Shown here: positions 1 to 12,300 of the stretch, piece after piece
Layout: every line of letters starts with the position of its first letter
Position numbering within the stretch: the stretch's first letter is position 1
Assembly (NCBI GenBank): GCA_012026655.1
Contig: JAAILG010001178.1
Span: forward strand, 1-64,000
Source of the DNA: Hydrolagus affinis
Taxonomy: Eukaryota
DNA length: 64,000 nt
Direction: 5' to 3'
Notes under the pieces: generated by a model
What the model was told of the DNA's origin: nothing
The model's input: only the letters and a program-made list of their open reading frames with translations
Databases searched by the model: none
Program-made: the position numbers and the translations under genes

Positions 1-416
1 GGGTCAGGTAGGAGTGGAACCAGTCAAGGACTGTGCCTTGAAGGTTGAGGTGGGAGGAAAGACGTTGGAGAAGGATGGTGTGATCGACTGTGTCGAACGC
101 GGCAGATAGGTCAAGGAGGACGAGGAGACAGAGGGAGCCCTGGACAAAGAACAAATACAAATGGCAAGTCACAAATATTTACATGCACTTGTCGTACTGT
201 CTCCCACCCAGCCTCATTTGGCTGCACCTATTGCTGCAATGTTCTTCAACAACAACAAAATTACATTTGTATAGTGCCTTTCACAGCGGGAGTCCTGATC
301 TTGATATCAGAAGAAATATTGGAGGATTGGGGGTGGGGTTATGTTATGCTTAGAACACTTACAACTCTTAAAACTAACAGTAGCAACTTGCATTTACATT
401 AAGTCTTGGATGAGTT

Positions 417-1420
417 GTAACAACAACAAAATTACACTTGTATAGCGCCTTTCACGTCAGGAGGACGTTCCAAGGCACTGGTCAGTCATTGTTTCAGACC
501 TGAGTTGGGGTCGGGGACGATGAAGGGAAAAGGGGGGGAATTTGGGGTGACCGATGGGACCGTCGAAGAGAAGGGTCTTGAGGCGGGACTTGAAGGAGGC
601 CAGGGAAGGGGTGAGTAAGAGGGACTGCGGGATGGAGTTCCACAGGTTAGGAGCAGAGTGGCTGAAAGCTTGCCCAGCAATAGTTGTGTGGGTGGGTTGG
701 GGGATATGGAGCAGGCTGGAGCCTGCTGATCGGAGAGGGCAGGCAGGTTGGTAGGAGGTTAGGAAGTCGCAGAGTAGGGTGGGGCAAGGCCATGGAGGGC
801 TTTGAATGTGACGACCAGGATCTTAAATTGAATCTTCTAGGTGATGGGGAATCAATGGAGTCGGGCAAGGATGGGGGAGATAGGGTCCCAAAGCTTGGAG
901 TGGTAGAGTACATGGACCGCAGAGTTCTGGATTATCTGCAACCTATGGAGGGAGGAATTGGGAAGGCCGACAAGAAGGGTATTGGTGTAGGCGAGCCTGG
1001 ATTTGATGAAGGCATGAATGAGGGTTTCAGCAGCCTGAGGGATGAGGTAGTGCCAGAGGTGGGCAATATTGCTGAGGGTTGGGAAGGCAGAGCGGTTCAT
1101 GGCTTCAATATGGGGGAGGGAAGACGGTTGAGGATCGAACAAGGCACTTATGTTCCTGACTGGCTTGGTGAGGTTGAGTGAGCAACCATGGAGGTTGATG
1201 CTATCAGTGCCTGATGTGTGAAGGCGCTGGTGCAGGAGGGCCTCTGTCTTGTTGACAATCAACTGTAGAAAGTTAGCTCTCATCCAGGACTTGATGTCTG
1301 TCAGGACAGCAGTGGTCCTGGAGTCGAGGGTAGAGGCAGTAAGATAGAATTGAGTGTCATCCGCATACATAGGAAAGTTGACCCCATGTCTGTGGATGAT
1401 GTCGCCAAGTGGGTAACTTC
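417..1420 (-). mobile_element. L2-clade LINE 3' fragment with (GTT)n tail
   Basis: YADDTQFY RT motif, LHRLQIIQNSA..., 3' tail gtgaaaggcgctatacaagtgtaattttgttgttg. Confidence 0.9.
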
Positions 1421-1579
1421 CCTCAAATAAATGTAGGCAGACAAGGCTAGACTTTCCCTCCAGAGCCTCTTCAATTCAAGCTCCGACACCGAGCACATTA
1501 TTCACTCCACCTTGAGCTAGTGCAGAACCTCAGTGTGGTCAACATTTTCAAAAATGGCAGAGAACTCAAGGAGGACAAT

Positions 1580-1875
1580 AATAATCCTTGCATTTGATCT
1601 TTTCAGGTCTTGTGGACATCTCAAAGTGCTGCACAGAATATACTGTAAAGTGAATTGACTGTATACTTGTGGGTGAAACGCGACAACCAATTGTGCACAA
1701 CGTGTCCCACAAACAATCGTGGATTGAAATGACCAATTTTTAATTTTTGGGTAGAGGCATTATTATTAGGCGTGTGGAGTAAGGAAACTTGCCCAAGGTT
1801 TCACCCTGACCTGCCTGGATCGAACACAAGTCTCACACTTGCAAGGCGGGTGCTCTACCTACTGAGCTACAGGAC
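1580..1875 (-). mobile_element. tRNA-derived SINE (full length)
   Basis: A/B-box tRNA head, body shared with other copies, (ATT)n tail. Confidence 0.88.
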
Positions 1876-2144
1876 AAGGAGGCAAAGGGAGCCCTGTCAC
1901 AAAGAGATTATGTTGAAAAAGGCTGTGAGCAGAGCAGAAGCCAGACGTGAGGGGCTCAAGTGGGGAGTGGAGGCAAATATGGGTGTAGAGTTGAGTTGAC
2001 TCAGTGAACATTGGCCTAGTTCTTGTTCTAGGTCCAGTTCCAGGACTTTGGATAGGAAAGGCACATTGGAGATGAGCTAATAGTTGGAGATTTGGAGAGA
2101 TGATGGGTAGTATTTTTTGAGGAAATGGTGATGATAGGCTGATT

Positions 2145-2790
2145 AACAACACAATTATATTTGCATAGCTCCTTTCACATCAGGAGGACGTCCCAAGCAC
2201 TGGACAGTTATTGATTCAGACTCCAACTGAGGAAAGGGTGGGGGTTGGGGGAGGAGTGGCCAATGGGTCCATCAAAGAGGAGAGTCTTGAGATGAGACTT
2301 GAAGGAAGCTAGGGAGGGGGCGAGGCGGATGGACTTCGGGATGGAATTCCAGAGGTTGGGGGCAGAGTGGCTGAAGGCTCGCCCTCCAATGGTTGGGCGG
2401 GTGGGTTGTCTGACATGGAGCAGGCCAGAGCCAGGATCTTGAATTGTATCCTCTGGATGATGGGGAGCCAATGGAGTCGGGCAAGGATGGGGGAGATGGG
2501 ATCACGGAGTTTGGAATGGTAGACGACATGGGCAGCAGAGTTCTGGATTATCTGCAGCCTGTGGAGGGAGGAATTGGGAAGGCCGGCCAGCAACGCATTT
2601 GCATATTCGAGCTGGGATGTAATGAAGGCGTGGATGAGGGTTTCGGTGGCTTTAGGGGTGAGGTAATGGGGGAGTCGGGAAATGTTGCGGAGGTGGGGAA
2701 AGGCAGAGCGAGTCATTGCTTGGATGTGAGGGAGGAAAGACAGTTGAGGGTCAAACAAGACACCTAGGTTCCTGACTGGCTGGGTGAGGT
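2145..2790 (-). mobile_element. L2-clade LINE 3' fragment
   Basis: FDPQLSFLPHI...LHWLPIIQRIQFKIL. Confidence 0.9.
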
Positions 2791-2801
2791 GTTAACATAA
2801 A

Positions 2802-3356
2802 TTAACATACTGGATCTGAGGACAATGAGGTTTGCTGATCTTCCAAATGTTTGTTGAAAGTTACTGGAATGATTGAAGTGCGTCGTGAGGTTGAGTCACG
2901 TCTTGAGATGATTGAGGGATGTGTTTTTAGTAAAATAGGTTGTGAATTGATGGACTCTTGTTGTAGGCTCATTTTGCGGGACCTTGGGAGGGCTTTTTGT
3001 GCGATTCCTGAGGACTGTGTTGAGTTTGGTGACTGATGCCTTGTTTTTGGGGACACTTGTCTTGAGTTTGGTGACCCAAGTCTTAAACCTGCTGACCCAC
3101 GTCTTGAATCTGCTGACCCACGTCTTGAATCTGCTGACCCACGTCTTGAATCTGCTGACCCACGTCTTACAGTGGCTGATCCAGGTCTGGAAGTTGCTGA
3201 CCCATGACTTGAAATGATTGATTGAGGTCTGGGACTTGCTGACTCACGTTTTAAAATTGTTGACCCAGAGGTTGACTGTTGCCTGTGTAATATTCTCTGG
3301 TCAATTTCTTTTTCTGACTCAAAATTTTCATTAAAATCATCATTTTCATCAATAAC
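2802..3356 (-). CDS. C2CD6: C2CD6 probable exon 15, Ser/Arg-rich tail with RRGSADS repeats
   Basis: ttgtccag acceptor, long open frame; ends at TAA 2804-2802 or splices at CCA|gtatgt (2811) to exons outside the window. Confidence 0.72.
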   Translation of the reverse strand, partial: VIDENDDFNENFESEKEIDQRILHRQQSTSGSTILKRESASPRPQSIISSHGSATSRPGSATVRRGSADSRRGSADSRRGSADSRRGSAGLRLGSPNSRQVSPKTRHQSPNSTQSSGIAQKALPRSRKMSLQQESINSQPILLKTHPSIISRRDSTSRRTSIIPVTFNKHLEDQQTSLSSDPVC

Positions 3357-6300
3357 CTGGACAACAAAAATACACAGATTAGTCATAAATACAAATGTAC
3401 ATATACTACTACTAATAATAATGCTTGCATTTGATATAGCGCTTTTTATGTCTTCTAGATGTCTCAAAGCGCTTCACAGAATATACTGTAAAGTGAATTA
3501 ACTGTATATTTGTGGGCGAAACGCGGCAGCCAATTGCCTGACCATGGGAGCCTCTCCCCATCAGCTTATTGGCTGCACCTAGTGCACACAACAGAGTTAA
3601 TTGATGGTCCAGGACTACATTGATCAACAGATATTATGAGGTATACTACTATATCTAATGATTGATATAATCTAAAAAGGTGTAATTTACAAGGTATGAG
3701 AAAAGGCAGGTAAATGTGATTCAATGGATTACTCTTTCAAAGATAGAGCCCAGACCCAATGGGCTGAATGGCTTTCTGTTCTGTATGGTTCTGTGTTAAA
3801 AATTGGCTCCAAACTTACAGTTTTTGAATTAAATGAGATGCTCCCTGCAATCTAGACAACATTCCTTTTCCTAGATTTATGTTTAGCAAATGATGAGATC
3901 ATTTTATGCAGATGAGATCTATGAATCTGAAAGAGCAAGAATTCAATGATCAATCCATGAAAGAGTAAGGACTATTAAAGTCATTTTTTTTTATCTCTAA
4001 TGTGAAAACCTGTGTATTTTAGTGGATTTCTCTGGTTTCTTTTCCAATTCAAAAAAGGAGAAAATATGAGGGGGAAACAATTTGTACCCAAAAAAAAACC
4101 CACAGGTGAATTGGGTAAAAATCTGCCACTGATTTTAATTTTCTGTCCTTGGAATGCTAGGCAGAGAACATAGGATGACTCTGAACACTTCTTTGACTCA
4201 AATCACGAGCAACAAATAGTACCATACAATGCCATGAGCAACACAGCAGGGTACAGAAGTCACCTGTGAGAGAGCAACTTGCATGTCAATGGGTGTAACA
4301 CATCCCATGGCTGATGAGAAGCCAAGAAAGTTAGAAATTATTTTGCGGAATTTAAAGAAAAACAATCACATTTCATCAAAACGCTGGGTATTCATGGTGA
4401 AAATAGTAACAAATGATACTCACAGTAGATTTGACAAATTCTGAAATCTTTTGTCTGGGCTGTGGAACAGATTTTGCGAAACTTGAGAACAATTTTCTGC
4501 GTGGGAAATATCTTGATCTTGGATGGAAATTGCTTGTACGTTCCAGCAACCGTTTACCAAAGTTACTTATATTCAAATGCTTCTTACTGTCATCTGGGGT
4601 TGCCTGTGATCCATAAATACAATATTCAGACACGAGTGCGCAAGCGCAACCTAGTCTGGTTGTAGGACACTCTCTGACACCCTTATTGTCCTCACCTATT
4701 CATTATTAAATATAATTATTAAGGGCAAGATAAGGAAATGGATTTGAAAATGTTTGGAGGGAAGGAAGTCGAAGGCAGCAGCTAGTGGAAGCTTGGTCAA
4801 AATGAATGGTGCCTCTGGGATCTGTACTGGAACCCTCCTGGTCCTTGTACATATTAATAGTTTGGATTTGCAGACCTAGAGTAAGGTTGTTAAAGATATA
4901 AATGACAACAAGTTAAGGGGTTTGTGTTAGGGTTTGTAAGAGCTTTGCTAACCCTGGGCAGATAGGGCGGGATACATAAAGCAGGCCGATGTTTGTTGAG
5001 GAAACTGAGGGTTGCAATAGGTCACAGCAGTAGGTTAAGTGGAGACTGTGGGGAATTTGTAAGTGAGAATGAGGATTTTGAATTAGATCCACAAAGGTTT
5101 GGAGAACCAGAGGAGCTGATGAAAGATGGGGTGATAGGCCACATTGCCTGATATGGGAGCAGACATGGGATGCAGAGATGTGGATAGCCTGCAACTTGAG
5201 TAGGCGAGGCCTGGGGGTCCAGGGAGAAGAGCATTAGTATAGACAAACCTGAATGTGAGGAAAGTGTGATGAGAGTCTCATCAGCTTGGAGGAATAGCAG
5301 AGGCAGCAATATTACAAAGTTGAGAGACAGCTGAGCAAGTAAGGGCCCAGATGTGGAGCTTGAAAGACATTTGGAGGGTCAAACAAGACACTGAAGTTCT
5401 GCTTAGTTATACATAAGAACGTAAGAATTAGGAGCAGGAGTAGGCCATTCAGCCCTTGAGCCTGCCTCACCATTCAATAGGATCATGGCTGATCTTCTAA
5501 TCTAACTTTACCTACCTGCCTTATCCCCATATTCCTTAATCCCTTTATCCACAAGAAATCTATCAATCTCAGTCTTGAATATGTTCCTCTGGAGTAGAGA
5601 ATTCCATAAATTTATTATCCGTTGAGTGAAGAAGTTTTTCCTCAACTCAATGCGAAATGGCTGACCCCTTATTGTAAGACTTTGATCCCTGGTTATAGTT
5701 TCTCCAACCAAGGGAAACATTCTCCCACTATCTACTCTGTCGTACCCCTTAATAATCTTATAGGTTTTCATAAGATCACCTCTGATTCTTTTATATTCTA
5801 GAGAATATAGAATATTCTCGGCCTAGATTTAGGCCTAGATTGCTCAACCTATCCTCATAGCTCAGCCCAGGTACCAACCTAGTGAATCTACGTTGTACCC
5901 CCTCCAAGGCGAGTACATCCTTTCTTAAATAGGGAGACCAAAACTGCACACAATATTGAAGGTGTGGTCTTACCAGGGCCCTATACAGGGCAGCAAGACT
6001 TCCCTACTTTTATATTCTAACCCCTTTGTAACGAACGCCAACATACCATTAGTCTTCGTAATTGCTTGCTGTACCTGCAAACTAATTTTCTGTGACTGTT
6101 GTACAAGGGCACCCAAGTCTCTCTGAATACTAACATCATCTAGTCTCTCCCATTCGAAAAAATAATTTGCTCTATTGTTTTTACCACCTAGGTGGATGAC
6201 TTCACACTTCCCTACATTATACTTCATCTGCCACCTACTTGCCCACTCACTTAGCCTATCTATATTGCATTGCATTATTTTAATGTCATCCTCGGTGTTT

Positions 6301-9300
6301 ACTCTCCCTCCTAGTTTAGTGTCATCCATGAATTTGGATATTTTAGGTTTGATGTCCTCATCTAGATCGTTGATGTAGATTGTAAATAGTTGAGGCCCAA
6401 GCACTGATCCTTGTGGCACTCCACTAGTCACATCCTCCCAATCTGAGAAGGACCCATTTATCCCAACTCTCTGTTTTCTTCCGTTAGCCATTCTTCAATC
6501 CATGCTAATATATTCCCCTTAATTCCATGGGTCCTCATCTTGTGGATCAACCTTTTATGAGGCACCTTATCGAATGCCTTTTGGAAATTTAAATACACTA
6601 CATCTACTGATTCCCCCTATCTAATCTACTTGATACGTCGTCAAAAAATCTAAAAGATTTGTCAGGCATGACTTTCCTTTTGTAGAGCCATGTTGACTCT
6701 GCCTAATCATATTGTGGTCCTCTAAATATCCTTAATTAAGGATTCTAGAATTTTCCCTACCACTGATCTCAGACTAACTGGTCTATAGTTCCCCATCTTT
6801 TCTCTCCCTCCCTTCTTAAATAGTGGTGTGACATTTGTGATCTTCCAATCAATGGAAACTGTTCCAGAATCCAAAGAATTTTGGAAGATCAGACACAAGG
6901 CCTCCACTACCTCATGAGCCACCTCTCTGAAAATCCTAGGATGCAAACCTTTAAAACCCTAGGATGTTAGTTGACTCATCACTCATCAAAACAGTATTTG
7001 TATTTTCACTCTATAGAGTTTAACCACAGCCTGCTGTAATTTGAGATTACCTGACTGGCTACTTCATTGTCATTCTCTCGTTATTTATTATTTTTTTCTG
7101 AGGAATAGGAAAACAGCATGAAGGATTCAGCCTGTCAAGCCTGTTTGTTCAATCATGGCAGATATTTTAATCTCAAAGCCCTGCCTTTTCACCATATCCC
7201 TCATTACCTTCTACTGTACAAGTATTTGTCCATTTCTCTTGTAAACATCCATGTCAATTCTGCCTCTACACTTTCTGTGGCAGAACATACCACCTGTTAA
7301 TAATAATGATCCTTGCATTTGATATAGTACTTTTCACATATTCTGGACGTCTCAAAGCACTTCACAGAATATACTGTAAAGTGAATTGACTGTATATTTG
7401 TGGGCAAAATGCAGCAGCCAATTGCGCACAGTGTCCCTGGATTGAAACAGTTGTGGATTGAAATGATCAATTTTATTAGAGAGGTTGATATTAAGCGTGT
7501 GAAGTAAGGAAACGTGCCCAAGGTTTCGCCCTGATCAGCCTGGATTCGAACAGAGTCTCACGCTTGTAAGGTGAATGCTCTAACCACTGAGCTACAGGAC
7601 TCCACCTCTTGACAACAGATTATAAATTGAAGTTGTTGTTGTTATTGATGAGAGAAATGCTGCTTGACCTCAGTTCTAACTATATTAATTTAGAATTTAA
7701 GCCTCGCTCCTCATACCCCGTAATGAATTTCTCTACCAAAGGAAAGAGTGGAACATCTTGTTGTCAATCCTATTCATTATTTTTTAAATGCTTGCCCTAA
7801 CCCCAGTGTGTAGCAGTAAAAAGAAATAATCGAATATCTGTTGTCAATAGGAATAAACAAACTCAATACTTGTTAACTACAAGATTTGTTAACTACAACT
7901 ACAAGATTGTAATGAACTTACCGAATATGTATTCGCTGAGGACACTCTTAATGATAGTGTTGAGAGTGATTCACGACTTGGTGTGTCCATCTTCAAATTT
8001 TCTGAGACCTGCGGGCCACTGATTAAAGATGTTTTGAAAAGGACTACTGAACTTTTAATCTCTACAGGCCTCACATCTGATGGTACTGTATAATCATCAG
8101 GAGCGCTCACAAACTGCAAGAGCAATAATCAAAATGATCAATTACCAATACTTAGGTGACTTTGTCAGCTTCAAGATTGTCTGCTGAGCAGCTTCATTGA
8201 CTGCACTCAATTACATGCAGATTAAATATGATTAACCAGCACTTGCTGATCCAGGATTGCAGAGATTCCACCAGAATTTATTAAATTCTCAGAAGTTCAT
8301 CTGTAGTGCTAACAGCAACCAGAAACAATTTCAGGAGACGTCAATCCTTCTTACTTTATTTTGGGCATTCCCTGAAATATGCCCCAAAACTCCTCTCCCT
8401 TCAATCCCTCTGTTTTGCCCTCTCCCTCCCCACTTTCAAATCCTACCTAATGCCCTTCATTTTTGTTCGTGCTTACTATCACCTCCCCCCTCCTTCTTCC
8501 TCTGGCATGGTCAGGACGCTACTCCTTGTGAAAGGCACTATATAAATGGAAGTTTTTGTAGTTGTTGTAGTATTCCTGGTCATATCACTTTACATTTAAA
8601 TCTACTTGGTGTTAGCCTGGATCAATTGGTTACACACTCAATTCTGTATCAGAATGGATTCAAGCAGTAGAACGTGACTTTGAACTCACAAATCTAGATT
8701 CCCCCAAGTGCAGTATTATGTCCCTGCATGGTTCAAAAGGTGATATTGAAGGTATTGATTGTAGGAACAAGGGGCATTTTGTTATTTTGGTCAGCCAACT
8801 CCACCGCCCGCATAATCACCCGCACCAAGCTTCATACCCCGATTCCCTAGTCTTTGCCAAACTACACTGGCTCTCTGTCACAGAGTGGATCGACTTCAAA
8901 ATTCTCACTCTTGTGTTTAAATCCCTCCACTCCTCAGCATGTCCCTACCTCTCTAACCTTCCTCTCTCCTCACAGGAGTACCCGCTGCCTCAACTCTACT
9001 GGGTCTGGCCTCCTCCTTGTTCCCCAAATCCTCCACTCTAACATCGCCAGCCATGCTTTCAGCCACTAAACCCCAAAATCTTGGAATACCCTCCCACAAC
9101 CCTCTTCACCTCACTCCCTCCTTTTCAATCTTCAGGCTCCTTTCTCTTTGACTGAGCTTATGGTTACCTCCCCACTCCCCCTGGTTTGGCCTCGAGCTCC
9201 GCCATTATGAAGTACTCAGAGATGCCACCCAGCATGGAGGGTGCTATATAAATGCAAGTTGGTGTTAGTGTTGTACATTATAGAATTCCATAAGAATATA

Positions 9301-12300
9301 TTGGTGTACATACCATCTTTGTATCTTGAAATGTGTCATGTGATTCTGTTGGATAGGAGAGCAGAGAATATTGAGTGACCTAAAGATCATCAGCTGGAAT
9401 AAACAAGCTATTACACGCCTAATAATAATCCGTCCAAAAAAAACCACAATAATAAAATTGGTCATTTCAATCCACGACTGTTTGTGGGACACTGCTGTGC
9501 TCAATTGGCTGCCGCGATTCACCCACAAATATACATTCAATTATATACTTTACATTCAATTATATACTTTACAAAAATATACTTTACAGTATATTCTGTG
9601 AAGCGCTTTGGGACATCGATAAGATGTGAAAAGCGCCATATCAAATGCAAGGATTATTATTATTATTAATTGAAATACAGGCAAATATAACAATATCCAT
9701 AGAAGTTTGTTGTGTTTTATTGTGCAAAGTGCTTTTATTATTATTTGCTGCCAGCAATGGTCTGGCTAATATCAATTAGCAGATTTAAGATAATTGCACG
9801 AATCAATTTGTTTTGGTGCCACAACAAAACATTTTGCATCAGGTATTGCGTATAATGTATCCTTTAGTGACAGTCAAGGACTAGATAGCTTCAGGTAGAT
9901 TCAGCACACCATCGTTTCATTCACTGAAGACGGTATCCTTCCCACTCACCTCTTGTTAACCCCTTCCCCTTGTCCCTATCTGACAGTTCAGCACCTTGGG
10001 ACGTCCTCCCAACGTGAAAGGCACTCTAAAAATGTAATTTTGTTGCTGTTGAAAATCAAAACCCTAATGGTCATAGCTGGACAAGTATTGGGAAGCTTGA
10101 TCGAAACAACCTGATTTTTTGCTGGTTAGACTTCAGCAATACACCACCAACTCACACACTTTCCCTTTCATATAGGGAAATTTCCATACATAGATAGATG
10201 GCATATAAATGTGGAACTCTCAGTTTGGTTTGGATACCCTTCAATCATAGGTTTCTGCTTGTATCAGACACCCGGCAAGAAAAAAGAAACAGTCCAGACT
10301 GACACGACAATGCAACCCATGTATTGTGTTTTATAGCAACTATCCAGTTTCCAATGGACAGTGATAACATTTTTTAAAAGTCACTATATATTCATTAATC
10401 GCCCATCTGACTCAAAAGTATTGCTTTGTGCTAGAAATGGAAATATCATTTGTAAGTAATATTAGTGAAGCTGTTCTGAAATTGTTTTTGTGGCACTAGT
10501 TGTAGAGAAGTGGCTTTGCTCTTGACTTTGTCGAGGAGCAGCTAACAAGACTAAAACAACATGTGAAATGGCCTCATCCATTAGCAATTATTCTTTAGGC
10601 CATGTAATGCACCTGTCATAAAGAACCAACAAAAAACAACTAAAAAGCTCATTAAGTGTGAAAAAATGGAGTATGAGGGTAAGTTAGCTGGGAACATTAA
10701 GTCAGATTGCAAACATTTTTATAAATATATTAATCCTCTGGATCTTTTTTTGGCCCCTTAAGAGGAATAGGCTAGTGAGAGTAAATGTAGGTCCACTTCA
10801 GGCAAAGATGGGAGAAGTTGTAAAGGGGCATAGTGATATCGCGGAGTCCCGAAATGAATACTTTGCGTATCTAGGGTTCACCCTAGAAGACACAACAAGT
10901 CTGCCAACAATAGGGATGCACCAAGGGGTAAATGACAGGGAGCAACTTAGGGAAATCTTCATTAGCAGAGAATTTGTGCTAGGGAAACTATTAGCACTAA
11001 AAATTGATAAATCCCCTTGTCCGGATGGCTTGCACCCCAGGTTCTTAAAAATGGTATCTTATGAGATAGTGGTGGCCTTGTGTCTGATCTTCCAAAATTT
11101 CTTGGATTCTGGAACAGTCCCCATGGATTGGAAGATCGCAAATGTCACACCATATTTAAAAAGGATGGAAAGAAAAAGATGGGGAACTGTAGGCCAATTA
11201 GTCTGACATGGATGATAGGAAAAATGTTAGAATCCTTGATTAAGGATATTTTAATGTGGTATTTAGGGGAGCATGATATAATTAGGCCAAGTCAACTTGG
11301 CTTTACAAAAGGAAAGTATTAGTGTGCAGAGGGACTTGGGTGTCCTTGTACACCGAACACAGAAAGTTAGTATGCAGGTGCAGCAGGCAATTAGGAAGGC
11401 TAATGGTATGTTAGCTTTCATTATGAAAGGGTTAGAGTATAAGAGTAGGGAAGTCTTGCTGCAGCTGTATAGGGCCCTGGTGAGATCACACCTGGAATAC
11501 TGTGTGCAGTGTTGGTCTCCTTATTTAAGAAAGGATGTACTTGCCTTGGAGGGAGTGCAGTGTAGGTTTACTAGGTTAATACCTGGAATGAGGGGGATGA
11601 GTTGTGACGATCGGTTGATTAATTTGGGCCTATATTCTCTGGAATATAAAAGAATTAGAGGGGATCTTATAGAAACCTATAAGATTATTAAGGGGCATGA
11701 CAAAGTAGATAGTGGAAGATTGTTTCCCCTGGTTGGAGAATCTAAAACCAGGGGTCACAATCTTAAAGTTAGGGGTCAGCCCTTTCACACTGAGTTGAGA
11801 AAAAACTTCTTAACTCAAAGGGTGGTGAATGTTGAATTCTTTACCCCAAAGGGCTGTTGATGCTCAGTCGTTGAACATATTCAAGACTGAGTTAGATAGA
11901 TTTCTCATTTATAAAGGGATTAAGGGGTATGGGGATAAGGCAGGTAGCTGGAGTTAGAGTAGAATATCAGCCATGGCAGGGCAGGCTCGATGGGCCAAAT
12001 GGCCTACTCCTGCTCCTATTTCTTATGTTCTTGTCCTACACCTTGACCTCCTTTTCCAGGAGCAACTTGTCTACATAAGCACACTTAGTGAAAAAAATTA
12101 AAGCTTTATTTTGCAGGATTGAGGACATATCCAAACTTTCTTGTCTTAATGATGTGATAGTCATACTGGTCAGTCATCAACAGTACTTTGGATTACTGCC
12201 AATCAGCCCGGCTTTAACGCTTGTGGATCCTTGAAGTCAGTGGAGTCACTGCTTATTTCCATACCCTCTACCCTCATTTCAAAACATATTTCCTTAGATA

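Noticed and set aside
2984-3217. + strand ORF with LLTHVLN repeats
   Set aside because: Antisense shadow of the 21-bp minisatellite in the C2CD6 exon; no splice or start support.
3889-3931. C/D-box snoRNA candidate (ATGATGA...CTGA)
   Set aside because: Only ~40 nt between boxes, no terminal stem, no recognisable guide.
5970-6491. Reverse-transcriptase ORF as an active or novel RT system
   Set aside because: 5'-truncated, frameshifted CR1 copy with FADD changed to FMDD; ordinary LINE debris. The same applies to 11297..11860 and the L2 ORFs.
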